A DNA stretch of 63,243 bases, filler included, from Octopus bimaculoides (taxonomy: Eukaryota): NCBI RefSeq assembly GCF_001194135.2. It is 6 parts of 6 records of this genome, joined end to end, with 100 filler letters (N's around TTAATTAATTAA, not from the genome) between each part and the next. Parts side by side here need not be neighbours in the genome. Positions count along the whole stretch, not along the records: positions 47,109 to 54,169 come from NC_068983.1; positions 54,270 to 59,494 come from NC_068988.1; positions 59,595 to 63,243 come from NW_026299746.1; 3 more parts are not named here. One strand, 5' to 3'. Shown here piece after piece: positions 53,201-63,243 of the stretch (positions within the stretch are counted from its first letter, which is position 1; each line of letters opens with the position of its first letter). The notes under the pieces were generated by a model that saw only the letters and a program-made list of their open reading frames with translations, was not told the origin of the DNA and ran no database searches. A program made the position numbers and the translations under genes.

Positions 53201-53586
53201 TCGTTGCTATTATGTTAAACTGTCGTATGTCCAAATTTGGCCAAATGCGTTTTTATCAACATTTATTTTTGCTTGCAATAGCCGGCTCCTTTGGTCAAAC
53301 TATCGTATCTCCAGCTGCTTCAGATGCCAAGGTATGAAAAATTGTCAAAGTGTAGTACAATGGTTTAACATTTTTCAAAAGTGAAGTAAGTCCAAAATAC
53401 GCAAAAATATTTCTGACTGAAAATATCATTACAGGCATGGAGTTACGATTTAATGCACCCGAAATAGTTTTACGGTTAAGCTGAAACTGTTGCTAATGTA
53501 AAAAGAAATGGAATAGCGAAACTATTTCTTCGTTTTCTGAGATAGCAACGTTTTGGACTTACGACACTTTTGCATAATAGCAACAA
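53201..53586. mobile_element. Tc1/mariner-type MITE with about 36-bp TIRs and TA TSD
   Basis: TA|TCGTTGCTATTATGTTAAACTGTCGTATGTCCAAA ... TTTGGACTTACGACACTTTTGCATAATAGCAACAA|TA. Confidence 0.8.
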
Positions 53587-54169
53587 TATGTATTCTGCAT
53601 TGAATTAAGAAACGGTGACAAGTGAAAATTCTGTAAATAATAAACACTATTAGTCAGAATTAGAGATAGTATTGATGGAATTTTGATTTACTGTTGAGTG
53701 GTTTTTGGCCATCCCTGTATGTATGTATGTTTATATATATATATATATATATATTTTTGGCTTATTTCTGAAAGAAAATCGGCATTTTTGTATTTGCTGC
53801 CGATTAGGTAAACCGCAAATTACGCGGTAAATTTGAAAAATTAGACATGCTCCCTATTGTCTCGTGCTTCATATGTTGTCTGGTCATTTCTGCTGATGAT
53901 AGTCCGACCTTTGTAAGATATATAATTTTTATCTTACTAAAATTGACATGAAACCATGGTACAGAATATAGATTGGTAAATGTTTTTATTTTTCATTCCC
54001 TTTCGAAATTATCCCTAATTTTGTGGTATGTAGTCTTTTGCTGCTCTTTCTAGCAGGTTAGATGTCCTATTATAGGCATCTCTGCATTTTAAATGAATAT
54101 ATATATATATATATAAAAATTTAGTGAATGGAGTAAAACGCATATGTTAACTGAATACTTTTATTTCCA

Positions 54170-54269
54170 NNNNNNNNNNNNNNNNNNNNNNNNNNNNNNN
54201 NNNNNNNNNNNNNTTAATTAATTAANNNNNNNNNNNNNNNNNNNNNNNNNNNNNNNNNNNNNNNNNNNN
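54170..54269. other. Artificial scaffold-join linker
   Basis: N44-TTAATTAATTAA-N44. Confidence 0.95.
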
Positions 54270-54411
54270 GGTAACAATTCACACTAATTTATAATTATTT
54301 TAAACCCTATCAACACGCTAGAAATAGACGCCAAATGGCTCTAGAAACCACATCTATACTCCGTTAGCACAAGTTGTAAGCGAAAAGAAGATTTTTGAAA
54401 CTAGATGGTTA

Positions 54412-54468
54412 ATTGTAGATCGATTTCTGGCTTTGGGTTCTAAAACCCATTGCTGTCTTCAGTACAAT
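54412..54468 (-). ncRNA. Hammerhead ribozyme motif (left arm)
   Basis: Minus strand: AUUGUA-CUGAAGA-[CAGCAAU GGGUU uuag AACCC AAAGCCA]-GAA-AUCGAU-C-UACAAU. Perfect 6-bp stem I, palindromic helix III, AUC triplet, imperfect base of stem II. Confidence 0.7.
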
Positions 54469-54861
54469 ATGCCAAAGTATATAAATGCAAATATTTATAC
54501 ACACCCATACGGACTACATATCTGCACAATTATATACATATATTTACATGTATACACTAGTAAAAATCTAATTTCTTCTCATCTCAACCACGTGCTTTTA
54601 TTATCAAAATAATCTCGCAGCGAATGTAATTTATTAGGAGAAAAATATATATTTTATACAAAATTATGGCTAAAACCACTTTAATGATTCTATGAAGTGA
54701 TCAGCGTGAAATAAAAAACCTTTTGATAATAAAAGCACCTGGTTGAGATGAGAAAAAATTAGATTTTTACTAATGTGTACATTTAAATGTATGTATATAA
54801 TCGTGCAGGTACGTTGTTCGTATGGGTGTGTATAAATATTTGCACCTATATACTTTGGCAT

Positions 54862-54918
54862 ATTGTACTGAAGACAGCAAGGGATTTTACACCCCTAAGC
54901 CGGAGATAGATCTGCAAT
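54862..54918 (+). ncRNA. Degenerate hammerhead motif (right arm, GAAA>GAGA)
   Basis: ATTGTA-CTGAAGA-CAGC...GCCG-GAGA-TAGATC-TGCAAT. Confidence 0.5.
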
Positions 54919-55359
54919 TAACCATCTTTTTTCAAAAATCTTATTCATTTTTCATCTGCCTGCTTACGATCTGCACTAACGGAATATAGATGTTGTTTTT
55001 AGAGCCATTTGGCGTCTATTTCTAGCGTGTTGGTGGGGTTTATCCTCACCCTTTAATATAATTATATTATATAATTATAAATTAGTATATGCGTGTGTAT
55101 GCCTTTGTGTTTGTCCCCGTCACCGGTGCTAGTATGTTTACCCCCGTAACTTAGCAGTTCGGCAAAAGACACGATAGAATAAGTACCTGACTCAAAAAAA
55201 GATAGGTACTGGAGTGGATTCGTTCAAGTAAGTTTCTGTAAGGTGGTGCCCTGACATGTTTACAATCTAATGAGTGAAACAAGTAAAAGATAAGGTTGTT
55301 CATCATTTTTTTCATTCTGCGGAGAAATGGCTAAAGTTTACCCTGTCTATAATTATACC

Positions 55360-55460
<101 letters not shown>

Positions 55461-55515
55461 TGTGTGCGTGCGTGCATGTATGTATGTATGTGTGTATGTA
55501 TTTAAAAGGTTGATT

Positions 55516-55665
55516 GTTATAGCCGGTTAGAGAGTGACAATTGGTTTCGCACCTATAAAGCGCTTAGCTGTATAGGCAACACACCGGATTCATTTGGGTC
55601 TGCGCCTATACAGCTAAGTGCTTTATAGGTGCGAATCCAATGGTCACTCTCTGACCGGCCTTAAC
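55516..55665. repeat. About 150-bp hairpin / small MITE-like inverted repeat
   Basis: GCCGGTTAGAGAGTGACAATTGG..CTTAGCTGTATAGGC (55522-55577) pairs with 55604-55659; 26-nt spacer. Confidence 0.85.
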
Positions 55666-56126
55666 AAAAAGTCTCCTAACTATACTATTGACCTAATATT
55701 TCAGAGCGCGCTTCCTTTTCCCACCCATTGTTCTGGTATCTATCCTGCTGTATCGCATACTCATACATTACCGTGGTCGATATAAAAAAACAGTTTACTC
55801 TTAAGTTTTTATTCTCCTCAAGCTTTCAACAAGTTTTACCAAATTTCAGCTCTACCACCAGGTGCATTTTCGTACATCTGAAGTTTGTGCAACAATGTCT
55901 TTTGGGGAATGTGAAACTGTATTTTTATATATTTCTCTTAGATATATTTTTATATATTTCTGTCAGATATAGTTTGTGTCCTGTTTGTTGTTATTTTAGT
56001 ATTTCGTCTCTTTGTTATGCGAAATATGTGCAATGTGTGCTATGTTATTTATTTATTTATTTATTGGGGTGATGTTTGCGTTTCGTGTGATTTGCACAAT
56101 TGTTGTTATGTGTTACGGTGTTGAGT

Positions 56127-56512
56127 GGAGGCGCAATGGCCCAGTGGTTAAGGCAGCGGACTCACGGTCATAGGATCGCGGTTTCGATTCCCAGACCGGG
56201 CGTTGTGAGTGTTTATTGAGCGAAAACACCTAAAGCTCCACCAGGCTCCGGCAGGGGATGGTGGCGAACCCTGCTGTACTCTTTCACCACAACTTTCTCT
56301 CACTCTTACTTCCTGTTTCTGTTCTGCCTGTAATTCAAAGGCTCAGCCTTGTCACACACTGTGTCTCGCTGAATATCCCCGAGAACTACGTTAAAGGTAC
56401 ACGCGTCTGTGGAGTGCTCAGCCACTTGCACGTTAATTTCACGAGCAGGCTGTTCCGTTGATCGGATCAACTGGAACCCTCGTCGTCGTAAGCGACGGAG
56501 TGCCAACAACAA
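56127..56512 (+). mobile_element. Full-length family C tRNA-derived SINE with 15-17-bp TSD
   Basis: A box TGGCCCAGTGG, B box GTTTCGATTCC, (CAA)n tail. GTTACGGTGTTGAGTGG occurs at 56112-56128 and 56513-56529. Confidence 0.95.
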
Positions 56513-57636
56513 GTTACGGTGTTGAGTGGTCATTGTGTTGAGTATATGCGTATGAGTTGCGTTTTTAATGTCTGGTTGTGATTGTGCAGAGCTATCGTTG
56601 GTAAACACGAAGGTTTCTGAACGGCATGCCTAACTAAAAATTACAGTTCTTTTATTCTTTTATTTGTTTCAGTCATTTGATTGCAGCTATGCTGGAGCAC
56701 CACCTTAAAAACAACTGAAATCTCGCGAGACGGATATTTTTTGTTTTGTTTTCTTTTGTTTTTAATAATGTGGGCCGCCTGATGACTAACCACGTTACAC
56801 GCAGCCCGCCTCTCGGAAAACGTTGCCTATGTCTGGTGGAGAGCATTTATTGCGTGGGCTGTGTATCGGATGGTGATTATGTAGAGTGCGTGCTGGAATT
56901 TGTATTTTAGTGTCGGACGGTGGCCGCACGGGTCTAGGACCCCAGTTCAGATCTATGTATGTTGTGGCTTGTTTCCTTCTTCCTTTCCTTCCTATCCCCT
57001 GACTGTGGTCGTTGACTCACTTTTCTCGGTTATCTACTGCTTACTGTGAGTCAGCAAAAGTGAAGCCTCTCCACACTTGATGTTAACCCGGATGGCTGGG
57101 TGCGATTTGCCCATGATACATCCTTAATGCATTACGGGTAAGTTAGTCTGGTAGGGCCACTCCCTCTCCAAGCTGTTGGCGACAACTGCATGCCTCAAAT
57201 CTGTGACACGCCTTGGCCCTGACCACAAGACTGTTGACCTGGGCAGCTTAATCCGCCCAAACCGATAACTCCTTAGAAAACCCCATCCGGAGTCTTTCGC
57301 CTACTGGTGCAGTGTTAACACCTTCCCATCACTTGTTTCAGCCTGCCAGTTGAAGTGGGATACCAGAGTGAGGCGCTAGGAGACATCAGGTGAGAGAATA
57401 GGAGTTGAATAAGGACCAGAGATGCCTGTTCATCTGACCATCCCTGGTAAGGTGCAGCTGCCAGATGCCGAAGGTATTACCTCTATTCAGAGCCCTCTAC
57501 ACACCCTTGTGGCTTGCTATCAATAAATATCCAATGCATGGATTTGCCCGGGGGGCCTAAAATGCTGCTAAGATATCTCCTGTGTCAGGTAGTGATTAAA
57601 AGAGGTATGTGTTGTATGGATTGCATTATTATTAAT

Positions 57637-58223
57637 GGAGTGAGCTGGTAGAATCGTTAGCACATCGGGCGAAATGCTTAGCGGTATTTCGTCTGTCTTT
57701 TCGTTCTGAGTTCAAATTCCGTCAAGGTCAACTTTGCCTTTCAACCTTTCGGGTTCGATAAAATAAGTACCAGTTGAGAACTGGAGTCGGCGTAATCGAC
57801 TATCCCTACTCCCGCCAAATTTCAGGCCTTGTGCCTGTAGTAGAAAGGATAGTTTTTTTAATGGTTAAGCAGAATCGTTAGTACGCCAGCAAAATATTAA
57901 GCGGTATTTTTTCCGTCTTTACGTCACGTCCTGAGTTCAAATTCATTTTTTTCTGATACCTGGCAAGCTGACTTGCTATTGCTATGATATGCTGCTTAAG
58001 TACCTCCATTACTGTCTCAAACTATTTCTCTTTCACTAAGTATTTTTTTTCTTAAAAGAAGACTTACATCTTGTGTTTCCTAACTTATCCTGTTTCTAGG
58101 CTTCTATTCTACTTACTTACTTATTATTATTATTATTATTATTATTATTGTTCAGTAGTTTTATTTTTATAACGAGCTTTCACATCACTACCGAGCGCAG
58201 CTCTGTGCGTCTTGGGTATGTGC

Positions 58224-58273
<50 letters not shown>

Positions 58274-58763
58274 GTTCAGTAGTTTTATTTTTATAACGAG
58301 CTTTCACATCACTACCGAGCGGTGAGCTGGCAGAATCGTTAGCACGCGAAATACTTAGCGGTATTTCGTCTGCCGCTACGTTCTGAGTTCAAATTCCACC
58401 GAGGTCGACTTTGCCGTTCATCCTTTCGGAGTCGATTAAATAAGTACCAGATATGCACTGGTATCGATGTAATCGACTTAATCTCTTCCCCCAGATTTGA
58501 GGCCTTGTGCTTCCAGTAGAAAGGATTATTATTATTATTATTATCATTATTATATAGAGAGGCGAGTTGGCAGAATCGTTAGCACGCTGGACGAAATGCT
58601 TAGCGGTATTTCGCCCGCCGCTACGATCTGAGTTCAAATTTCACCGAGGTCGACTTTATCTTTCATATGTCGATAAAATAAGTACCAGTTGAACACTGGG
58701 GGTCAATGTAAACGACTCATCCCCTCCCCCCAAACTGCTGTTCTTGTGGCAAAATTTGAAACC
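57637..58763 (+). mobile_element. Cluster of four same-orientation family A SINEs (57637-57850, partial about 57865-57945, 58319-58525, 58558-58763) with (TTA)n tails
   Basis: Repeated GAGCTGGCAGAATCGTTAGCAC..GTTCTGAGTTCAAATT..GTCGACTTTGCC..AAGTACCAG. Confidence 0.9.
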
Positions 58764-59494
58764 ATTATTATTATTATTATCACTAATAAATCTACCCATC
58801 TACGATGGAGGCATAAAATGAGTGAGGGAAGTTATAACAGCAGTATGTATTGAGAAATGTGTAAATGTACTTGATAGATTACTGGGTATAATTACTCGGT
58901 AATCTTCATCATTATTGTTGGTGATACAGCATTCTATTGCAACAATATGACGTGTTTGGATCCACTACCGAACTGATACAGAAGCTCCCAGCCTCTGTAT
59001 CATGAATGGTTATGCGGACCACTCCTAACGAAAGCCAGAGCTTCCTTCGACCACTACGTAAAAAGTATTAGGAAAAAAATGTTATGTAGATATACTTTGA
59101 TTTTAGTTGTTTACACTATTTTACGCTTGTTTATACTCTTATACATTCAAAGTTCACAAATTTCCTTACTTAAATTATGAATCATATTCCTTTCGATAAT
59201 ATCAATCTGATTACAAAACTTCTTTGAAGACGAAATTTTCTGTTTGGTTGGCACTAATTTTCAAATTCCTGGAGTCCGTTGCTCTACTCATAGCGACGTA
59301 TAACTAGCCGTGTGTAAACATCGCAGTGGGTAAGAATATACCTACACGGTCTAAAGTTTGGCCCTGTGCCTTGTTTGCTGTGAATGCGCGAGCTGAACCT
59401 TTAGGGTTTCAAAAAAATCAAACTAAGACTTAGTATCAATATCCACTAAATAATCATACTTTTTCACATTTTTTCGCTAAAAACCTTCCTGATT

Positions 59495-59594
59495 NNNNNN
59501 NNNNNNNNNNNNNNNNNNNNNNNNNNNNNNNNNNNNNNTTAATTAATTAANNNNNNNNNNNNNNNNNNNNNNNNNNNNNNNNNNNNNNNNNNNN
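59495..59594. other. Artificial scaffold-join linker
   Basis: N44-TTAATTAATTAA-N44. Confidence 0.95.
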
Positions 59595-59888
59595 TGAGCG
59601 AAAACACCTGAAGCTCCACGAGGCTCCGGCAGGGGATGGTAGCGAACCCTGCTGTACTCTTTCACCACAACTTTCTCTCACTCTTTCTTCCTATTTCTGT
59701 TGTGCCTGTATTTCAAAGGGCCAGCCTTGTCACACTGTGTCACGGCGAATATCCCCGAGAACTACATTAAGGGTACATGTGTCTGTGGAGTGCTCAGCCA
59801 CTTGCACGTTAATTTCACGAGCAGGCTGTTCCGTTGATCGGATCAACTGGAACCCTTGACGTCGTAAGCGACGGAGTGCCAACAACAA
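59595..59888 (+). mobile_element. Family C SINE, 5' end cut by the linker
   Basis: Matches 56216-56512. Confidence 0.92.
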
Positions 59889-60248
59889 GTCGATAAAGTA
59901 TATATCAGTTGAGCACTGCAGTCGATCTAACCGAGTAAATCCGTCTTCCTAAAATTGCTGGCCTTGTGCCAAAATTTGAAACCATTAATGTTAGCTGATT
60001 TCATGGAAGTAGTATATGTTTAAGTTTATGATTTTTTTTTTTTACTCAAAAATCTCACGTCACGAAAGAGAAAGAAAAAGGCAAAAAATAAAAGCAAACA
60101 AAAAAGAAAAACGAAATGAATACAAAATAAACATGGCGAATGAAAGTATAAGTTTAATGTTAAAAAATATATAATGGCTTAAAGCTAATCCAACATAAAT
60201 TTTGTCTACTTCCCGATGTATGAATATGCTTTTTCAGCTTCTTTCCTA

Positions 60249-60510
60249 TGGTGCATGGCGTAGTGGTTAGGATGATACACATGTGCTCGTACCACCGTGG
60301 ATTTGATTCCTGGCTGGGCAGCGTGTTGTTCCAGTTCACTCAGCCGTGAATGAATTCCTGCAATACATTGGAAGTCAGCTTTGCATTCGACACACATCTC
60401 GTTCATAGATAGATGGGTGTTTATGCTCCCAGTCCCTTCTAGGTCATGGACACCAGGTTAAGCTTCGGCGTTATGCGTCCTAGGGTCCTAGACTCACCGA
60501 AGTCTAATTT
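60249..60510 (+). mobile_element. Old tRNA-derived SINE
   Basis: A box TGGCGTAGTGG, B-box-like GATTTGATTCC, then CGTGTTGTTCCAGTTCACTCAGCCGTGAATG. Confidence 0.65.
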
Positions 60511-60689
60511 CACGTGGCAAAAGTTGATGTCTTGAAAAGATCAGGGACCAGAAAACATCGCAATATTACTTCTAAAAACAAAAGTTTTGGTTGCTGCTAT
60601 TTACTTCCGCATTCGTTTCATGGCCATCTTTACGGTTTTATTTATTTGTTTATTACGTTTTATCTTTTATCTTTTACTTGTTTTCGTCA

Positions 60690-61010
60690 TTAGTTTGCAG
60701 CAATGCTCGGGGCACAGCCTTGAAGAATTTGTTATCGAAAGAATCGACCCCATTATTTTTTGGGAGGCTCTTACTTATTCTAACGTTCAATTTTGCCGCC
60801 AAACCACTAAGTTACGTGGACGTAGACACACCAAGACCGGTTTTCAAGCTGTGGTGGAGTACACACACACACACACACACATATACGGCGGGCTTCTTTC
60901 GGTTTCCGTTTACGAAATCCACTCACAAGGGTTTGGTCGGCCCGAGGCTATATGGAAGAAACTTGCCTAAGGTGTAATGCAGTGGAACTGAACCCAGAAC
61001 CAGGCGGTTC
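60690..61010 (-). mobile_element. Degenerate family B SINE
   Basis: GGGCTTCTTTCGGTTTCCGTTTACGAAATCCACTCACAAGG..GGTCGGCCCGAGGCTATA. Confidence 0.8.
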
Positions 61011-61141
61011 AATGGGTTAAATGAACAATGGGTTAAATGTAGGGTTTAATCAATCAATATGTATAACAATGCAGAGAAGGTATTTCATCTGCCAGTGTCA
61101 GTCAAAGCCTTAGATGACGAATTAAGTATAATGATGTAGAT

Positions 61142-61782
61142 CAGTGGTCCGCAACCGAGTTTTCAGATTTTACTGTAAAAATTCATGAATAATAAATTGG
61201 TTATACTTCTACAATGCACAGAATATTTCAACGATTTAAAAAAAATATAATTCCTAATAATACTCTTTTACTCTTTTTTACTCTTTTATTTGTTTCAGTC
61301 ATTTGACTGCGGCCATGCTGGAGCACCGCCTTTAGTCGAGCAAATCGACCCCGGGGCTTATTCTTTGTAAGCCTAGTACCTATTCTATCGGTCTCTTTTG
61401 CTGAACCGCTAAGTGACGGGGACATAAACACACCAGCATCGGTTGTCAAGCAATGCTAGGGGAACAAACAGACACACAAACACACACATATATGCATATA
61501 TACGACAGGCTTCTTTCAGTTTCCGTCTACCAAATCCACTCACAAGGCTTTGGTCGGCCCGAAGCTATAGTAGAAGACACTTGCCCAAGGTGCCATGCAG
61601 TGGGACTGAACCCGAAACCATGTGGTTGGTAAGCAAGCTACTTACCACACAGCCACTCCTGCGCCTATATTGAATTACAAACATATAATAGGACTTTTTT
61701 AAACACACAGTGTCCATGGGGGTCCAGTGGAGTAAATAGGAATCAAAAGCCTCCATAGATAAAATACGGTTGAGAACCACTT
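61142..61782. mobile_element. hAT/Charlie-type non-autonomous element hosting a SINE
   Basis: TIR-like CAGTGGTCCGCAACCG ... CGGTTGAGAACCACTT. The 8-bp flanks ATGTAGAT and GTATAGAG fit an NTNTAGAN target. Confidence 0.6.
61259..61666 (-). mobile_element. Full-length family B tRNA-derived SINE
   Basis: Reverse complement: AGGCGCAGGAGTGGCTGTGTGGTAAG..GGTTCAGTCCCACTG..CCTTGGGCAAGTG..GGCGGTGCTCCAGCATGGCCGCAGTCAAATGACTGAAAC-(AAAAGAGT)n. Confidence 0.93.
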
Positions 61783-62077
61783 GTATAGAGAATGTGTTTC
61801 GCCAAATAAGGAATTGGATACGCATTCTACTCAATAAGATTACATTATTTTGTTGTGTCTAGAGAGTCATTTGGTCAATATTAATAACATAAAAGGTTGT
61901 GAATGGCAACTAATGAAATTTGATGAAAAAAAAAAAAAAAGAAATCAAAACAATAAACGATTGACTGTTTAACCAACAAGTTAAACAAACGATCGATTTG
62001 TTAGTTGGATAGATATTTAAACAATTGATTAATAACAAAGGAGCGGAATTGAACCAGTGTGCGTGTTATTAATATTG

Positions 62078-62520
62078 GCGTGATGACTCTTCCTTGACCA
62101 AACAAAATTTGTTTCAGCGCATGCGTAATGAGTTTCCCTAGACCAACAATATTTGTATCAGCGCATGCGTAATGACTCTCCCTAGACCAACAATGTTTCA
62201 GTGCATGCGTAATGAATCTCCCTGGACTCAACAATATTTGTTTCGACGCATGTGTAATGACTCTCCCTAGACCAACAACATTTGTTTCAGCGCATGCGTA
62301 ATGAATCTCCCTGGACTCAACAATATTTGTTTCGACGCACTCGTAATGACTTCCTAGACTAAACAAAATTTGTTTCAACGCACGCGTGATGAATCACCCT
62401 AGACCCAACAATATGTGTTTCAGCGCATGCGTAATGAATCTCCTTAGACCCAACAAAATTTGTTTCAACGCACGCGTAACAACCCTTCCTTGATCCAACA
62501 AAATTTGTTCCAACGCAACG
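62078..62520. repeat. 44-bp minisatellite, about 10 diverged copies
   Basis: Unit about AACAAAATTTGTTTCAGCGCATGCGTAATGA(A/C)TCTCCCTAGACC. Confidence 0.92.
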
Positions 62521-63077
62521 AATTCACTTAAAATATCTTGCATACGAAATACAGAAACGAAGATTTACGTTACAAAAAGCACATGCAAGTTCATGCAAGT
62601 CTTGACGTGTATCAAAATACCAAGCAGAATTCATGAAGAAAACAAAACAAAAGTAAAGAAAATAATTAAAAAAGAGAAGGAAAAAATTTACCCCATGATC
62701 ATAAAATATAAACTTCATTTTCTCCTAGAATATCTTCAGATTTAATCCCCATCGAATACACATACGCACGCGACACACACACTCACACAAAGGCACGCAC
62801 GCACGTGCTGCACACACACACACACACATAGACACGTACACACATATATAAACACACACATAAAAGATCATTCGTCGAATCAGTGTGGGATTCTAGGATT
62901 ATTAAAAGCCAAACTTTGATTTGACAGTAAGTCAGAAGAAATAGTTGTTACAGAGGTTGCGTTATGTTTGTTGAAACTCAGAGTGAAAAGATATTTGAAG
63001 AGATGTAGAGCATAATCTGTGAGGAAAGGCTTTCATTCGGGGTTCAATAAACATTGTTTCAGGTTAGATGTCAATCA

Positions 63078-63195
63078 GCATGCATACATGCATACATGCA
63101 TACATGCATACATGCATACATACATACATGCATACATGCATACATGCATACATACATACATGCATGCATGCATACGTGCATATATATATATATTA
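63078..63195. repeat. (CATGCATA)n/(CATA)n microsatellite
   Basis: Direct reading. Confidence 0.9.
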
Positions 63196-63243
63196 TACAA
63201 GAATAAGGACAGGGAATCGTCAATTAGTAATAGAATTAATAAT

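Larger units (their letters stand above)
54282..55086. repeat. Fold-back element: about 310-bp inverted arms, about 110-bp spacer, each arm carrying a hammerhead motif
   Basis: 54301-54610 is the diverged reverse complement of 54721-55042, e.g. CAACACGCTAGAAATAGACGCCAAATGGCTCTA / TAGAGCCATTTGGCGTCTATTTCTAGCGTGTTG. Confidence 0.9.

Noticed and set aside
56760-57600. GC-richer block with a PDHKTV (APE-like) motif and a CTGATGA..GAAAACGTT pattern
   Set aside because: Probably a decayed LINE, but the family cannot be supported; no hammerhead stems I or II can be formed.

Overview
AT-rich, microsatellite-dense animal genomic DNA. The SINE families and repeat style resemble a coleoid cephalopod, probably Octopus (inference from recall, not a database hit). 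Five artificial 100-bp linkers (N44-TTAATTAATTAA-N44) split the window into six joined pieces, so adjacency across them is unproven. The one convincing host gene is a minus-strand run of six exons (52848 to <47109). They splice in frame into the Ser/Pro-rich middle of an unc-51/ULK1/2 (Atg1) kinase, with a LIR-like EGFVIV, SQPIPVPTQ and DIGSLSPPTVTFTIGSP; its kinase and C-terminal exons were not found. The rest is mobile DNA: CR1/L2-group LINE fragments, decayed mariner and Tc1 transposons, MITEs, several tRNA-derived SINE families and a Penelope-like element. The most striking signal is a recurring architecture: four unrelated hammerhead-ribozyme-bearing elements, each a fold-back with 3' ends pointing outward. 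One of them is a tRNA-headed, hammerhead-carrying SINE inserted with a 12-bp TSD into the Penelope ORF. All structures were read by eye; nothing was folded, aligned or searched computationally.
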